This document shows, one piece after another, positions 39,740 to 50,043 of a DNA stretch of 64,000 nucleotides (position 1 is its first letter; every line of letters begins with the position of its first letter). Under the pieces are notes generated by a model. It did not search any database, was not told the DNA's origin, and was given only the letters and a program-made list of their open reading frames with translations. The position numbers and the translations under genes were made by a program. The DNA is from Spirochaetota bacterium (GTDB lineage: Bacteria; Spirochaetota; UBA4802; UBA5550), in NCBI GenBank assembly GCA_963663865.1, contig OY760686.1, forward strand, positions 704,001 through 768,000, read 5' to 3'.

Positions 39740-41650
39740 ATGAAGCTGATGAATTTCAAGTGGAAGAACAGGTCTATTCGTGTAAGTCTGTTCTTTCTTT
39801 TCATTGTCTTTGGTATCATGATCGGAGCGGCATTTTTTCTAATTATTGCGAATAATACTATCGGGAATTTGAAAGCGCAGGTCAGGCAGGCGGTTGTTCT
39901 TGAGACAGACCTTGTCACTACTAAGGTAAACGACTATTTCAGCAAAATCAGGCAGAGCATTGAATACCTGTCCGGAAACCGGCTCCTTTACAGAGAAAGG
40001 CTGAGCGAAGGGGACGTAAAACTAATTACCGGCAGGCTTGAAGCTGTTCGCTCCGCCTACGGTTTTATGTTTGTCTATTACGGGAGGAAGGACCGTCCTC
40101 AGGCGATAAACTACCCGTCGCCTAAGGGATACGATGCCCGAAAGCGGGACTGGTTCACCGGGGCGGAAAAGAAAGGGCATCTTCATGTCAGCGAGCCTTA
40201 TAGCGATGCTGCGACGGGAGAGCAGGTCTCTACTGTATCGCTGCCGCTCTATAACGATGGGCGCATTGTCGGAGTTCTCGCAGTGGACGTGTCGCTGAAG
40301 GACATTGTTGACATTGTATTTGAAGAAAGCGGTCTGTTCAGTTCGACTGTTAATATGATTCTGTCGGATGAGGGCAGGGTCCTGATAACGGGTAACGGCA
40401 GGTATAAGGACAGAGCCTTTGATTTTCCGGCACTCAGAAAAGCCCAGGATGCATCTTCTATCATCTTTTCAGCGAAAGACAGAATTGGAGCTGTAAGAAA
40501 AAGCGCTGAAACATCGTTTTATATCGTTTCATCTGTGAACCGTATGGAGATATATCGGCCCGCAATAATTGCGCTAATGCAGATTACAGCGGCGATAGTC
40601 GTTATCCTCGGACTGTTTATTTACATTATGAACAGAATTCTTGCAAGGCTTGTTGTGTCCCCCATCATAGAGATATCGAAGGACATGGGTAAAATCAAGT
40701 CACTGGATTTTGACGGGAAGCTTAATCTTGACTGCCGCTGTCTGGAGATTTCAGTAATAAACGAATCGCTCGACAATATGAAGAAGGGACTCAAGTCGTT
40801 CGGCAAATATGTCCCGACAGACCTCGTCGATCAGCTGATGCAGCAGTCTTCGGAGGCCGTTCTGGGTGCAGAGAGGAAGATGCTTACCCTGTTTTTTACC
40901 GATATTGCGGATTTCACTTCAATATCCGAAAAACTTGGGCCTGAAAATCTTTCTGACAGAATGAGCGCTTATCTGGGCAACATGACGAATATACTCCAGA
41001 TGTGCAACGGTACGGTGGATAAATATGTCGGCGACGCGATAATGTGCTTCTGGGGCGCTCCAATGGAGGAAAGCCAGCACGCCTATCTTGCCTGCAGGGC
41101 GGCCCTTGAATGTCAGTCCTTTCTCGCGCAGTTCAACGGAAGTGCAACAGACATCCCGTTCATTACCAGAATCGGCATCAATACCGGCGAGGCCATCGTG
41201 GGCAATTTCGGTTTTGAAAGGCGGATGTCATACACGGCCCTGGGCGATACTGTGAATTGCGCATCGCGAATTGAAGGGTTGAACAAGTATTACGGAACTT
41301 CCATCCTGGTCAGTGAGTCAACAAAGTCCCTGACGGAGGAATTCTTTGTATTCAGAACGCTTGACAGGGTGGTTGTCAAAGGAAAGTCGACCGGGGTTAA
41401 GATATATGAACTGGTTGGATATAAAGGCGGTCTTTCTCCGCAGCATCAGGCCTTTATTGACGGATTCAATGAGGCGATGGAAGCTTACTATAACCGTGAC
41501 TGGGAGGGCTGCTATAGAATTCTTTCTGGAATACGGGGACGGGAATCGTCCGACAGACCGCTTGAGATAATGCTTAAACGGGCAGCCGGACTCATTAAAA
41601 ATCCGCCATCCAAAAACTTTGTGGGAACTGTCTACATGCGCGGCAAGTAG
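39740..41650 (+). CDS. Class III adenylate cyclase with dCache-like periplasmic domain and HAMP-like linker
   Basis: YDARKRDWF..SEPYSDAATG (dCache_1), two TMs, FTDIADFT, DKYVGDA, YTALGDTVNCASRIEGLNK, VKGK. Confidence 0.92.
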   Translation: MKLMNFKWKNRSIRVSLFFLFIVFGIMIGAAFFLIIANNTIGNLKAQVRQAVVLETDLVTTKVNDYFSKIRQSIEYLSGNRLLYRERLSEGDVKLITGRLEAVRSAYGFMFVYYGRKDRPQAINYPSPKGYDARKRDWFTGAEKKGHLHVSEPYSDAATGEQVSTVSLPLYNDGRIVGVLAVDVSLKDIVDIVFEESGLFSSTVNMILSDEGRVLITGNGRYKDRAFDFPALRKAQDASSIIFSAKDRIGAVRKSAETSFYIVSSVNRMEIYRPAIIALMQITAAIVVILGLFIYIMNRILARLVVSPIIEISKDMGKIKSLDFDGKLNLDCRCLEISVINESLDNMKKGLKSFGKYVPTDLVDQLMQQSSEAVLGAERKMLTLFFTDIADFTSISEKLGPENLSDRMSAYLGNMTNILQMCNGTVDKYVGDAIMCFWGAPMEESQHAYLACRAALECQSFLAQFNGSATDIPFITRIGINTGEAIVGNFGFERRMSYTALGDTVNCASRIEGLNKYYGTSILVSESTKSLTEEFFVFRTLDRVVVKGKSTGVKIYELVGYKGGLSPQHQAFIDGFNEAMEAYYNRDWEGCYRILSGIRGRESSDRPLEIMLKRAAGLIKNPPSKNFVGTVYMRGK

Positions 41651-41661
41651 GCAGTACTCGT

Positions 41662-42483
41662 CTATTTGAATTCGTTAAAGTAAACAGAAAGGATCAGAAA
41701 TATCTCATCCTCGCCTATTTCGTAACCCTTTTCTTTCAGGGCTTTGGCCAGCTGTTCCTTTTTAAGCGACGGGTCGCTTTTCTTTAACGAGATTACTTCA
41801 TCAATCGCCTTTTTGTCGATCGGGTAAACGCCCCAGAGAAAGCCTTCGTTGTGGAGTGTCATGACCGCGTAGCGTAGCTTTTCATTTTCGTGTTTCAGCC
41901 TGGCATAGGAACTTTCAAGCTCATCAAGTTTGCGCAAAAAGTATTCGGGATCGCGTTTTCGCATATAGTCACGTGGATGGTTATAAGCATCTTTAAGTTT
42001 TCCAGTGAGCTCATTTTCATCAATGAATACTCCGTTTACTCTGACAAAAATACCGTCCTTCATGATGCGGAAGTTGTACTCCAGAGAGTCGCTTTGCTGG
42101 AAGAGCATCCCTGCCGGCATATAATCTGAAGTCGGCTCTGTTATGCCCTCGAATGACTCGGGGATGAGTATCACATCAATGATATTTCCCGAGACCCTGA
42201 AGTTGAGTGTCGAGGCCTTGATTGACTTAAAGGCGTATAGCTTTTCAAACAATATGGATACGGACCTGGCTGTTTCTTCAGTGACTTCACCTTTGTAGCG
42301 GAGAGTCAATGTTCTTCCCTTCTCGTCGGTCAGTTTTGCGATGGTTTCCTGAGCCAACTCATCGAAACTCTTGCTTTCATCCGAAGCGCCCGCGGGTTTC
42401 AGGTTGAATCGGGCCCAGTCAAACGCGAAGGCTGAAAGCGGAGCGCTTAAAATCAGTGTGAATATTATTATTCTTGAGAACAT
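41662..42483 (-). CDS. Hypothetical secreted protein
   Basis: Signal peptide ..LSAFA; 273 aa; 1-nt gap to the upstream gene. Confidence 0.75.
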   Translation of the reverse strand: MFSRIIIFTLILSAPLSAFAFDWARFNLKPAGASDESKSFDELAQETIAKLTDEKGRTLTLRYKGEVTEETARSVSILFEKLYAFKSIKASTLNFRVSGNIIDVILIPESFEGITEPTSDYMPAGMLFQQSDSLEYNFRIMKDGIFVRVNGVFIDENELTGKLKDAYNHPRDYMRKRDPEYFLRKLDELESSYARLKHENEKLRYAVMTLHNEGFLWGVYPIDKKAIDEVISLKKSDPSLKKEQLAKALKEKGYEIGEDEIFLILSVYFNEFK

Positions 42484-42484
42484 G

Positions 42485-43717
42485 CTATTCTCCCGTTTGG
42501 TTTCTGCTCTTCATCTTGTGAAGAAGTATTTTATCCATGGGCTGAATCGATTTGCCCGGATTTATATTTACTGTTTTTGCTTTAAGGCCCTTTCCGTCAT
42601 GGAACAGCTTTATTGTTGCGATTATTTCATCGTCGTTTCTGAAAACAGAAGCCGTATCGCCTGAGGCGGCCCTGTATATGGGATTCACAAATAGTGAAAT
42701 TGACGATGTGCTTCTGGCGTCTATAATATAACCGTTTTCTGGCTTGATTCGGGTGAAGCTGTCCAGAGCGTAGTTGTAGCTGTTGAGCGACGCACTTTTG
42801 TATTTAATGGCATTAAGCATCTTCTGACGCAATGTCTCATATTTGTTAAGGATGATGCTGTCGATCTCATCAAGCTTTCTTATGCCGGCCCCTGCTGAAT
42901 TGATGTAGGGTATCTCTCTTATTCGGGAAACAAGTCGGGCCCTGTTTTCCGTAAGGCGTTTGAGCTCCTGATATTCTCTCTGACTGATAAGGCCTTCCGC
43001 GAGCATTGTCCTGTCGAAGGTCTCAGGTTGACCGCTGAACTTAGTATCGGAGCTGAAGCGTTCACGGAGTATCGATGTCAGGGCCGGGTTGCTGAACCAG
43101 GGATTGTATTTGAGTATTGTTTCATTTATTCTCTGTTCATAGTACTTCTTCTGTGAAGACATCTGCAGCTCGTGGAGCTTTTTGTAGTTGTTGACTATTG
43201 CCTCGGCCTTGCGGATGTTCTCACGGAGTCTCAGATCGTAGCTGTCAACATCAGACTGGTATTTTGACACCTCGGCTTTCTTCGCAGATATCAGCGGATT
43301 GTATTTATTCATAACTGCCTGCTTTTTCGAGGCGTTTCCCGCTGAAGCCAGGGCCCTTTCCATGGCTGTGTTGAGCTCTTTGAGCTCCTCTCTGGCCCTG
43401 GCAAGCTTCTTCTCATTCTGCTTCGCTTTGCTCAGAAGCTCCTGAAGGTTGAGGTCCGTAATTGAGGCGAACTCCAGGTCATTGGCTTGATATCCTTTTT
43501 CAACATGCCTTGTGACAAGCAGGGTGACACCTGATAGTATTATCAGGAATCCGCAAACCAAAAGGTAGAGTTTGTAGTTTCGGTTTTTTGACGTTTTCCC
43601 GAACTCTCTTTCAAGGGAGTATCCGGTTTTGCTTTCAACGTCGGAAAACTCTTCCGGAAGAAAGTGGGACTTCACTGCCGGAAGCTGTTTCTTGCTTATT
43701 TTGTCTTCATTTCCCAT
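42485..43717 (-). CDS. Hypothetical single-TM coiled-coil protein
   Basis: One TM near residue 50-68, long K/E/A-rich heptad region, beta-rich C-terminus; overlaps the upstream cyclase by 22 nt. Confidence 0.75.
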   Translation of the reverse strand: MGNEDKISKKQLPAVKSHFLPEEFSDVESKTGYSLEREFGKTSKNRNYKLYLLVCGFLIILSGVTLLVTRHVEKGYQANDLEFASITDLNLQELLSKAKQNEKKLARAREELKELNTAMERALASAGNASKKQAVMNKYNPLISAKKAEVSKYQSDVDSYDLRLRENIRKAEAIVNNYKKLHELQMSSQKKYYEQRINETILKYNPWFSNPALTSILRERFSSDTKFSGQPETFDRTMLAEGLISQREYQELKRLTENRARLVSRIREIPYINSAGAGIRKLDEIDSIILNKYETLRQKMLNAIKYKSASLNSYNYALDSFTRIKPENGYIIDARSTSSISLFVNPIYRAASGDTASVFRNDDEIIATIKLFHDGKGLKAKTVNINPGKSIQPMDKILLHKMKSRNQTGE

Positions 43718-45405
43718 ATGCCTTTCCAGTTCTTAGGAGCGACTCCGTCTTTTATTCTTGAAATGAACTCCGCAGCGGGAGGAAGAGAGCATTTTCTAAA
43801 GAGACTTACAGCCGCTTTCCATTCTCCTGCGTAGTACTTTTCGAGTGCATCGCTGTATATCTCGATGTCGTTCAGCTTGTCATTTTTCAGGTATCTGGGT
43901 ATCATCGGCCAGTATATCCTGCGGCCCTTTGTTTTGCCCTTTACCTGGACCATGTCCAGCTCAAGGAATGTTATGCCGTGATCGGGTACATTCTTCTCAA
44001 TATCGTCTTTAATGAATTCCGAACAGATGATTGGGACATTATAAACGCGAGTAAGGCCTTCGAGCCTTGAAGCGGAGTTTACATTGTCGCCGATTACTGT
44101 ATTGGTCATTCGCTCATGTGAGCCGATGTTTCCGTAGAACACATTCCCGCCGTCAATACCGACTCCAATCTTGAGAAGCACGGCCTTGTATATTCTGTTT
44201 TCAGCTGCGGTCAGCCTGCCCCTGGTCGCTTCAATATCAGCTTTCTTCTCGGTCATCTCCTTGCGGAGCGACGCCGCGACCTGCTGCAGACGGTAAGCGG
44301 TCAATATGGCAGCCATTGACTTGTTCTCTGTTCCCTCTTCTTCGATGGCCCCGAAAACCGCGAGAAGCGCGTCTCCGATAATTGAACCTATGATTCCGTC
44401 ATGTTTCATTATCTCGTTGATGGCATTGTTGTAATGAAGGTTGAGGAGCTTTATGATGTCAGAACCGAGCGTTTCGGTTATGTACGTAAAGCTCTTTATG
44501 TCTGTAAACAATATGGAAAGTTCTTTCTCAGAGCCTTCGAGCCGGATCTGCATTTCCTTGTAGGCCTTTATGGCGATATCCTTGTTAACAAACTTTCTAA
44601 ATATTGTCAGCAGCGTGTTGATGGTATTTGACAGTGAGTTGAATGCCATTCCGAGATAGGTGATCTCGTCGTTTGGAGCTCCATCCAGCTTGACAATACC
44701 TAACTGCTGTGACTTTACCATCTCCATGATCTGCGATGATATTATCGTAATGTATCTGAGAATTCTTCTGAGGGCGAATATCCCGATAATCGCGCTGAGA
44801 ATGCTTATAATGAAGATTATTATGCTTACATCGCGGAATATCCTTCGGGAGTTGCTGTAAAAATCGTTGTACTCTTCCGCGAGAACAATGAACACGCCCC
44901 ACTTGTCGCTGTACTTGTAGAAGCCGAAATACTCCTCTGAATTAATATCAAAGGTCACCGGGCCTTCGCTGGTACCGCTCTCGTTTTTAGCGACAAGACC
45001 TTTCAGGGTTTCCCTGTCAGTAAAGTTTTCGAGTCGTCCTCCGCCCGATGCCTGAAAGAGAAGGTCTCCGTCATTCTTAACACCGAGTAGGACTGATCTC
45101 TTGCCGGGGAGCTCCATGGCCCCCATCTTTTCAATGGCCGCGACGGATTCCTCAAGGTTTTCACTGAACTGATATATTTCATACTGGTTGTTGCAGTAGT
45201 TGTAGATGTCCTTCAGATCTTTGGAGAGCATCTTGCGGGTCTGTGTAATGAGCTCTTTCCTGTTGAGGATGAGGTTGATATAATTTGAAGATAGGTTAGA
45301 GACCAGAATAAAAAGAAGGAAAACAACGACGATCTTCAGGGATATTCTGACCACCCGGGTTTTCCCGACTTTCTGGCCGATAAACGAATCCAGGATTTTT
45401 CCCAT
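43696..45405 (-). CDS. Class III nucleotide cyclase, membrane-anchored with HAMP-like linker, atypical base-specificity residue
   Basis: Two TMs, DEITYLGMAFN, FTDIKSFT, GSIIGDA, GNIGS.ERM.NTVIGDNVNSASRLEGL, VKGK. Confidence 0.88.
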   Translation of the reverse strand: MGKILDSFIGQKVGKTRVVRISLKIVVVFLLFILVSNLSSNYINLILNRKELITQTRKMLSKDLKDIYNYCNNQYEIYQFSENLEESVAAIEKMGAMELPGKRSVLLGVKNDGDLLFQASGGGRLENFTDRETLKGLVAKNESGTSEGPVTFDINSEEYFGFYKYSDKWGVFIVLAEEYNDFYSNSRRIFRDVSIIIFIISILSAIIGIFALRRILRYITIISSQIMEMVKSQQLGIVKLDGAPNDEITYLGMAFNSLSNTINTLLTIFRKFVNKDIAIKAYKEMQIRLEGSEKELSILFTDIKSFTYITETLGSDIIKLLNLHYNNAINEIMKHDGIIGSIIGDALLAVFGAIEEEGTENKSMAAILTAYRLQQVAASLRKEMTEKKADIEATRGRLTAAENRIYKAVLLKIGVGIDGGNVFYGNIGSHERMTNTVIGDNVNSASRLEGLTRVYNVPIICSEFIKDDIEKNVPDHGITFLELDMVQVKGKTKGRRIYWPMIPRYLKNDKLNDIEIYSDALEKYYAGEWKAAVSLFRKCSLPPAAEFISRIKDGVAPKNWKGIWEMKTK

Positions 45406-45722
45406 GAAAGAGTCCTGCCTGTTATAATAGTTTATCCTTATCAAAAAAAACAGTAATCCGTTACTGTCAAACAATATTTAGAAAAATTTGTAGCAAATAA
45501 TGCCCGCTTTGTGCCTATAAAGAGGTGTAATGTCAATTTCAAAATAGTATATTAAAAATCCCCGCCGGTTTCAGCGGGGATAGATTCCTGTTAAATCATT
45601 TATATGCCTTTCTTGAGTGGTTTCAATTGACTGTCATTGGATCATATAAATTAATCAATGGACATTTAAATATTTATTAATCATATTATCGCTATACTTA
45701 TGATGGAGGATGTTTTCAGCAA

Positions 45723-46748
45723 ATGCCTGAGGGTGTAAAGAGTGCGTTGATGGTGCATTTCCGGAAGATCGCCCGGACGTTAATAGCCGTGTTTTCCGTT
45801 CTCCTCTTGTCTCCTGTATCCCTTTATAATTATTTGTTGTTTCACACCATTGCTGAGTTTTTCAGTATAATAATCGCTTTTGCTATATTTATTTTCAGCT
45901 TGAATACGAGGAGTTTTGCTGACAACAGATATCTTCTGTTTCTGGGTATTGGATTTTTCTTTGTCGGTATTATTGATTTTGCTCATACATTATTCTATCA
46001 GGGGATGAATATTGTTCCTGGTTACGGCCCCAATATCCCCACTCAACTCTGGATAGGAGCAAGGTTTTTTGAAGCAATATCGTTTGTCCTGGCGCCTGTT
46101 TTCTTTACGCGAAAATTAAGATATCGGTCAGTTCTATCATTGTATCTGCTCGGAGCGTTAATACTTTTCAGCTCAATCTTTGTATGGCCTGTTTTCCCTG
46201 ATTGTTACATTGATGGAATCGGTTTGACATCCTTTAAAATTGCCGCTGAATATGCCATTGTTGTGATGCTTGCTGTCGCCTGGATTTTTTTGTATGCAAG
46301 GCGCAGGCAGTTAGAAAGGTATGTTTATTTATTGATATCCATTTCACTGGTATTGACAGTAATCAGTGAAATATGTTTTACCCTGTATGTGAGTACTTAC
46401 GGGATATCAAATACCGCAGGTCATCTGCTGAAGATTCTGTCTTATTATCTTATTTATAGAGCTGTAATTGTTTCAACACTGCACTTCCCTTATGAAAATC
46501 TGTTTTCGAGGCTAATGGCAAGTGAAAAAACAAAAGCCAGATATATTGAAAAACTTGAAAAAGCTCTGGACGAGATTAATACCTTGCGGGGAATTATCCC
46601 TATCTGCAGTTATTGCAAAAAAATCCGCAACGACAGGGGGGCCTGGGAGATTATGGAATCCTATATAAGCAGTCATTCTGAGGCCCAATTCAGCCATGGT
46701 GTTTGTCCAGAATGCTATGAAAAACTGAAGAAAGATTTAAAGAAATAG
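45723..46748 (+). CDS. MASE3 membrane sensor fused to a C-terminal Cys-rich (CxxC...HGxCPxC) domain
   Basis: NYLLFHTIAEFFS, DFAHTLFY, QLWIGAR, GLTSFKIAAEY, GHLLK; C-terminal PICSYCKKIR...W...FSHGVCPEC. Confidence 0.82.
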   Translation: MPEGVKSALMVHFRKIARTLIAVFSVLLLSPVSLYNYLLFHTIAEFFSIIIAFAIFIFSLNTRSFADNRYLLFLGIGFFFVGIIDFAHTLFYQGMNIVPGYGPNIPTQLWIGARFFEAISFVLAPVFFTRKLRYRSVLSLYLLGALILFSSIFVWPVFPDCYIDGIGLTSFKIAAEYAIVVMLAVAWIFLYARRRQLERYVYLLISISLVLTVISEICFTLYVSTYGISNTAGHLLKILSYYLIYRAVIVSTLHFPYENLFSRLMASEKTKARYIEKLEKALDEINTLRGIIPICSYCKKIRNDRGAWEIMESYISSHSEAQFSHGVCPECYEKLKKDLKK

Positions 46749-46811
46749 AATACCTGTAAAGGCCGCAATCAAATTGCTAAACATGGTATAAAAGAGGGAT
46801 AATGGGGCCAC

Positions 46812-47927
46812 ATGGATATCAGGCTTGATTTTTTTTCGATATTTGGATTGATAACAATTATACAGGGTTTATTTCTCTTTTTACTGATGTTTTTCAGGGC
46901 GGACAGGCGAGAAAAAAGAAATTTTTTCCTGGCGCTTTTTGTCCTCACGTTTACGTATGCCAATACAAACTTTGTCAGGGATTATTCCGGGCTGAAGTTC
47001 TATGCGCCTCATCTGATTTTTACCGAGATTCCCGTTTCATTTCTTATTGGCCCGTTCTTATACTTTCATGCCAGAAGGTTAACAGGCAGGCAAAACCGGA
47101 TCGGCTTGCAAATGATTCCCCACTTTCTCCTTCCGCTAATTGCGGTTCTTGTTTATTTTCCCTTTTACTTTCAAAGTGGTGACGATAAGCTTTACTATAT
47201 TACGACGCTCCCTCATATCATTGATTACAGGCTGGACGTCATAGTGATAGCGCATCACATTCAAATGTTCTTCTACTTTATTATCAGCAGAAGGATTATC
47301 GGCGAAAGCACATGCAGGAAAGATACTGAGCGTCAGCAGAATCTGACGCCTGATCTCCAGAGGCTGGTAGAATTTACAACCCTTCTTCTTGTAGTCTATG
47401 CTGTACGTTCAGCTATGCTTGCAACGGTCATTATCCAGAAATTTATGCCGTATAACTTTATTGTTATACTGTTTACATCGGCTTCCATAATCTTCTATAT
47501 GAGTTACAGGCTGTTTATGGAGCCGGTTATCACGCGATACAGAGGGAGCGGAACCACTACCAGGCTTTATTTTTCTGATGAGGACGCCGCGATATTCATA
47601 AACGCGCTTGAGCGATTCATGGCGGAAAAGAGACCCTTTCTTGATCCGGATGTCACAATTGATGAGCTTGCCGCTGCAGTTGGGCTTAAGAGACATCAGT
47701 TCTCAGAGCTGCTGAACAGGTATGTAAAGAAAAGCTTTAACGACTATATCAATTCTTACAGAGTAAGAGAGGCTGAAAGGCTGCTTGCTGAATCAGGAAG
47801 AGAAGCTAACATCCTTTCAATAGCCATGCACAGCGGATTCAACACAAAGCAGACATTCAACTCCGCATTTAAAAAGTTTACTGGACTGACTCCGTCTGCG
47901 TACAGAAGAGAGGGCCCTGTAGGTTAG
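46812..47927 (+). CDS. Multi-TM membrane-anchored AraC-family regulator
   Basis: Hydrophobic N-terminal helices, GPFLYF, PFLDPDVT, YINSYRV, SGFNTKQTFNSAFKKFTGLTP. Confidence 0.9.
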   Translation: MDIRLDFFSIFGLITIIQGLFLFLLMFFRADRREKRNFFLALFVLTFTYANTNFVRDYSGLKFYAPHLIFTEIPVSFLIGPFLYFHARRLTGRQNRIGLQMIPHFLLPLIAVLVYFPFYFQSGDDKLYYITTLPHIIDYRLDVIVIAHHIQMFFYFIISRRIIGESTCRKDTERQQNLTPDLQRLVEFTTLLLVVYAVRSAMLATVIIQKFMPYNFIVILFTSASIIFYMSYRLFMEPVITRYRGSGTTTRLYFSDEDAAIFINALERFMAEKRPFLDPDVTIDELAAAVGLKRHQFSELLNRYVKKSFNDYINSYRVREAERLLAESGREANILSIAMHSGFNTKQTFNSAFKKFTGLTPSAYRREGPVG

Positions 47928-48160
47928 GAGGTTAATTAGCCTGGCGTACTCTGGAATAAAGTTGGAGCTGTTAATGGATTTTTCGGGTCCAACCCGTCCA
48001 TATGGTTGCGGACGGGCCTGGTTCTTGTTACAAATAATACTTGCTTCAACAGAGCTATATATAAGATTTGTTTTAGATTGGATTCTGCCGCTGATTAGTG
48101 CAAATGCATTTTTCAGGGCTTCTCCATGTTTACAGACGGTTACTGTAATAGTATTTACAC

Positions 48161-49852
48161 ATGAAAAAGAAAATAAAAATCCAGGCAGTAGTCCTGGGGA
48201 TTATCATCGTTTCTGTTCTGATTACAGGAGTCAGGCTCTCAAGTAAAACCGGGCTTGTTGTTTCAGAAAAAAACGGTGAATTATCCCCGGAACCGGTTAA
48301 GATTTTCCGGACTTCAGATAAAAAACTCAGCATAGAGGATATCCTCGAACGGTGTAAAAAGGGGGTAATCCGCTTTGCGGATGCTGATAAAGATAATTAC
48401 GGTTTTACCACTGACGTGTTCTGGATACATGTCAGTCTTGACGCTGGAGTTGAGGAGAGCGGAGTCAGCTTCCTTGAACTTCAGTACCCGCTTGTTGACT
48501 CTGTTGAGCTGTTTACGGTCAGAAAGGGAAAGGTCGTTGATTCACAGTACATCGGCGATAGCATCCCTTACAGCAAACGACATTATCCCCATAAAACACC
48601 TATTTTCAGAATTATGAAGGAATTTTCCGCTCCGGCGGATCTCTATATGAAACTTGAGACCCGTGGTACAATGCGGTTCCCTCTCAAGCTCTGGTCCGTT
48701 AAAGAGTTCGTAACTGAAAAGAACCGTTACAACATGTTATACGGCGCCTATTACGGGATTCTTCTTATGCTGGCTTTTTTTATCACAGTAATATCGCTGA
48801 ATCATCATTTGAAGAGCTATCTGTTTTTCGCGGTGTTTATTATTTCGGCAGGTGTGTTTTCCGGTCTTCAGGAAGGCATAATATTTGAATACCTGATGCC
48901 TGATTCAACTACGTGGAAGTTTTCTTTATACATAGCTTCCGGAACCGCAGGGTTGATGGCGATATCTGCTTTTGTATATAACTTTCTGAATTTAAAAAAA
49001 GCAAGCAGCTGTTTCAGGTGGGCTTTCGCGGCAATTATAACAGCTGGCGTTGTGATTAATACCGCGGCTCTGATTATTGATATTTCGACTGCTTTGAAGC
49101 TTTTTGCCGGGTATGGTATTGTATGCCTTGTTCCCAACCTGATGGCGGGAATTAGCGCTACAATAAAAAGAGAAAGACCGGGAAGGTACTTTTTAGCCGC
49201 AATGATAATCTTTCTACTCGCTATAACAGTTTTTGCGTTAAGGGGGTTCGGAGTTTTGCCGGTTAACGTGGTAACCCTTTACTCCAAGGAAATAGGCATT
49301 ATTCTAATGGTGATGACTCTTACATTCGGGGTCGCCGATATCTTTAACAAATACAGAATTCAGAGTATTACAGACAGTCTTACAGGCATTATAAATCTGA
49401 GACGTTTTTATGAAATTGCCGCCAACGAAATCGAACGGAGCAGAAGAAGCAGCGTTCCTCTTTCTGTTGCCATGATTGATATCGATTCTTTTAAGGTGAT
49501 TAATGATACACACGGTCATTCGGCGGGTGACTACATACTGCTTGCTTTCACAAAAAAGATAACCGAGTTGCTCAGGGGGATAGATACTGTCGGGCGGCTT
49601 GGAGGGGAAGAGTTCGCTGTCCTGCTCCCCGAGACTGACATCGGCGGCGCTGAAATAACGGCCTGCAGAATATGCAGGGCAGTTGAAGAGATGAAGACCG
49701 CCTATGGGAAGAAGGAGCTGACTTTTACCGTCAGCATAGGGATCGCGGAATTCCTTGAAGGGCGGGACACCATCGATTCGCTGATCAAAAGGGCCGATGC
49801 CGCGCTGTACCGGGCGAAGGGTGCGGGCAAGAACCAGGTTTGCAGAGGGTAG
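48161..49852 (+). CDS. Diguanylate cyclase with 7TM-DISM sensor
   Basis: GFTTDVFW DISMED2-like domain, 7 TMs starting YGAYYG, TDSLTG, DIDSFKVINDTHGH..GD, RxxD I-site (RGID), GGEEF, ADAALYRAK. Confidence 0.93.
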   Translation: MKKKIKIQAVVLGIIIVSVLITGVRLSSKTGLVVSEKNGELSPEPVKIFRTSDKKLSIEDILERCKKGVIRFADADKDNYGFTTDVFWIHVSLDAGVEESGVSFLELQYPLVDSVELFTVRKGKVVDSQYIGDSIPYSKRHYPHKTPIFRIMKEFSAPADLYMKLETRGTMRFPLKLWSVKEFVTEKNRYNMLYGAYYGILLMLAFFITVISLNHHLKSYLFFAVFIISAGVFSGLQEGIIFEYLMPDSTTWKFSLYIASGTAGLMAISAFVYNFLNLKKASSCFRWAFAAIITAGVVINTAALIIDISTALKLFAGYGIVCLVPNLMAGISATIKRERPGRYFLAAMIIFLLAITVFALRGFGVLPVNVVTLYSKEIGIILMVMTLTFGVADIFNKYRIQSITDSLTGIINLRRFYEIAANEIERSRRSSVPLSVAMIDIDSFKVINDTHGHSAGDYILLAFTKKITELLRGIDTVGRLGGEEFAVLLPETDIGGAEITACRICRAVEEMKTAYGKKELTFTVSIGIAEFLEGRDTIDSLIKRADAALYRAKGAGKNQVCRG

Positions 49853-49918
49853 AGGGTTCTGTATTTTTCAAAATACTTTCACTGCTTCTCAATACATTTA
49901 AAATCCCACTCAAAAATA

Positions 49919-49947
49919 TTGACTTTCACCTGGTTCTAATGTAGAAT
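49919..49947 (+). promoter_or_regulatory. Near-consensus sigma70 promoter
   Basis: TTGACT-17 nt-TAGAAT upstream of the CysG/SirC fragment. Confidence 0.6.
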
Positions 49948-50043
49948 TATCTGATGCGGGTTGGGCAAGGATATGTTTGTTTTTTAATGCGGAACAATGT
50001 ACCGGTAATCCGGTTTTTTATAAAGCGGGAGGACCCCTCGGTA

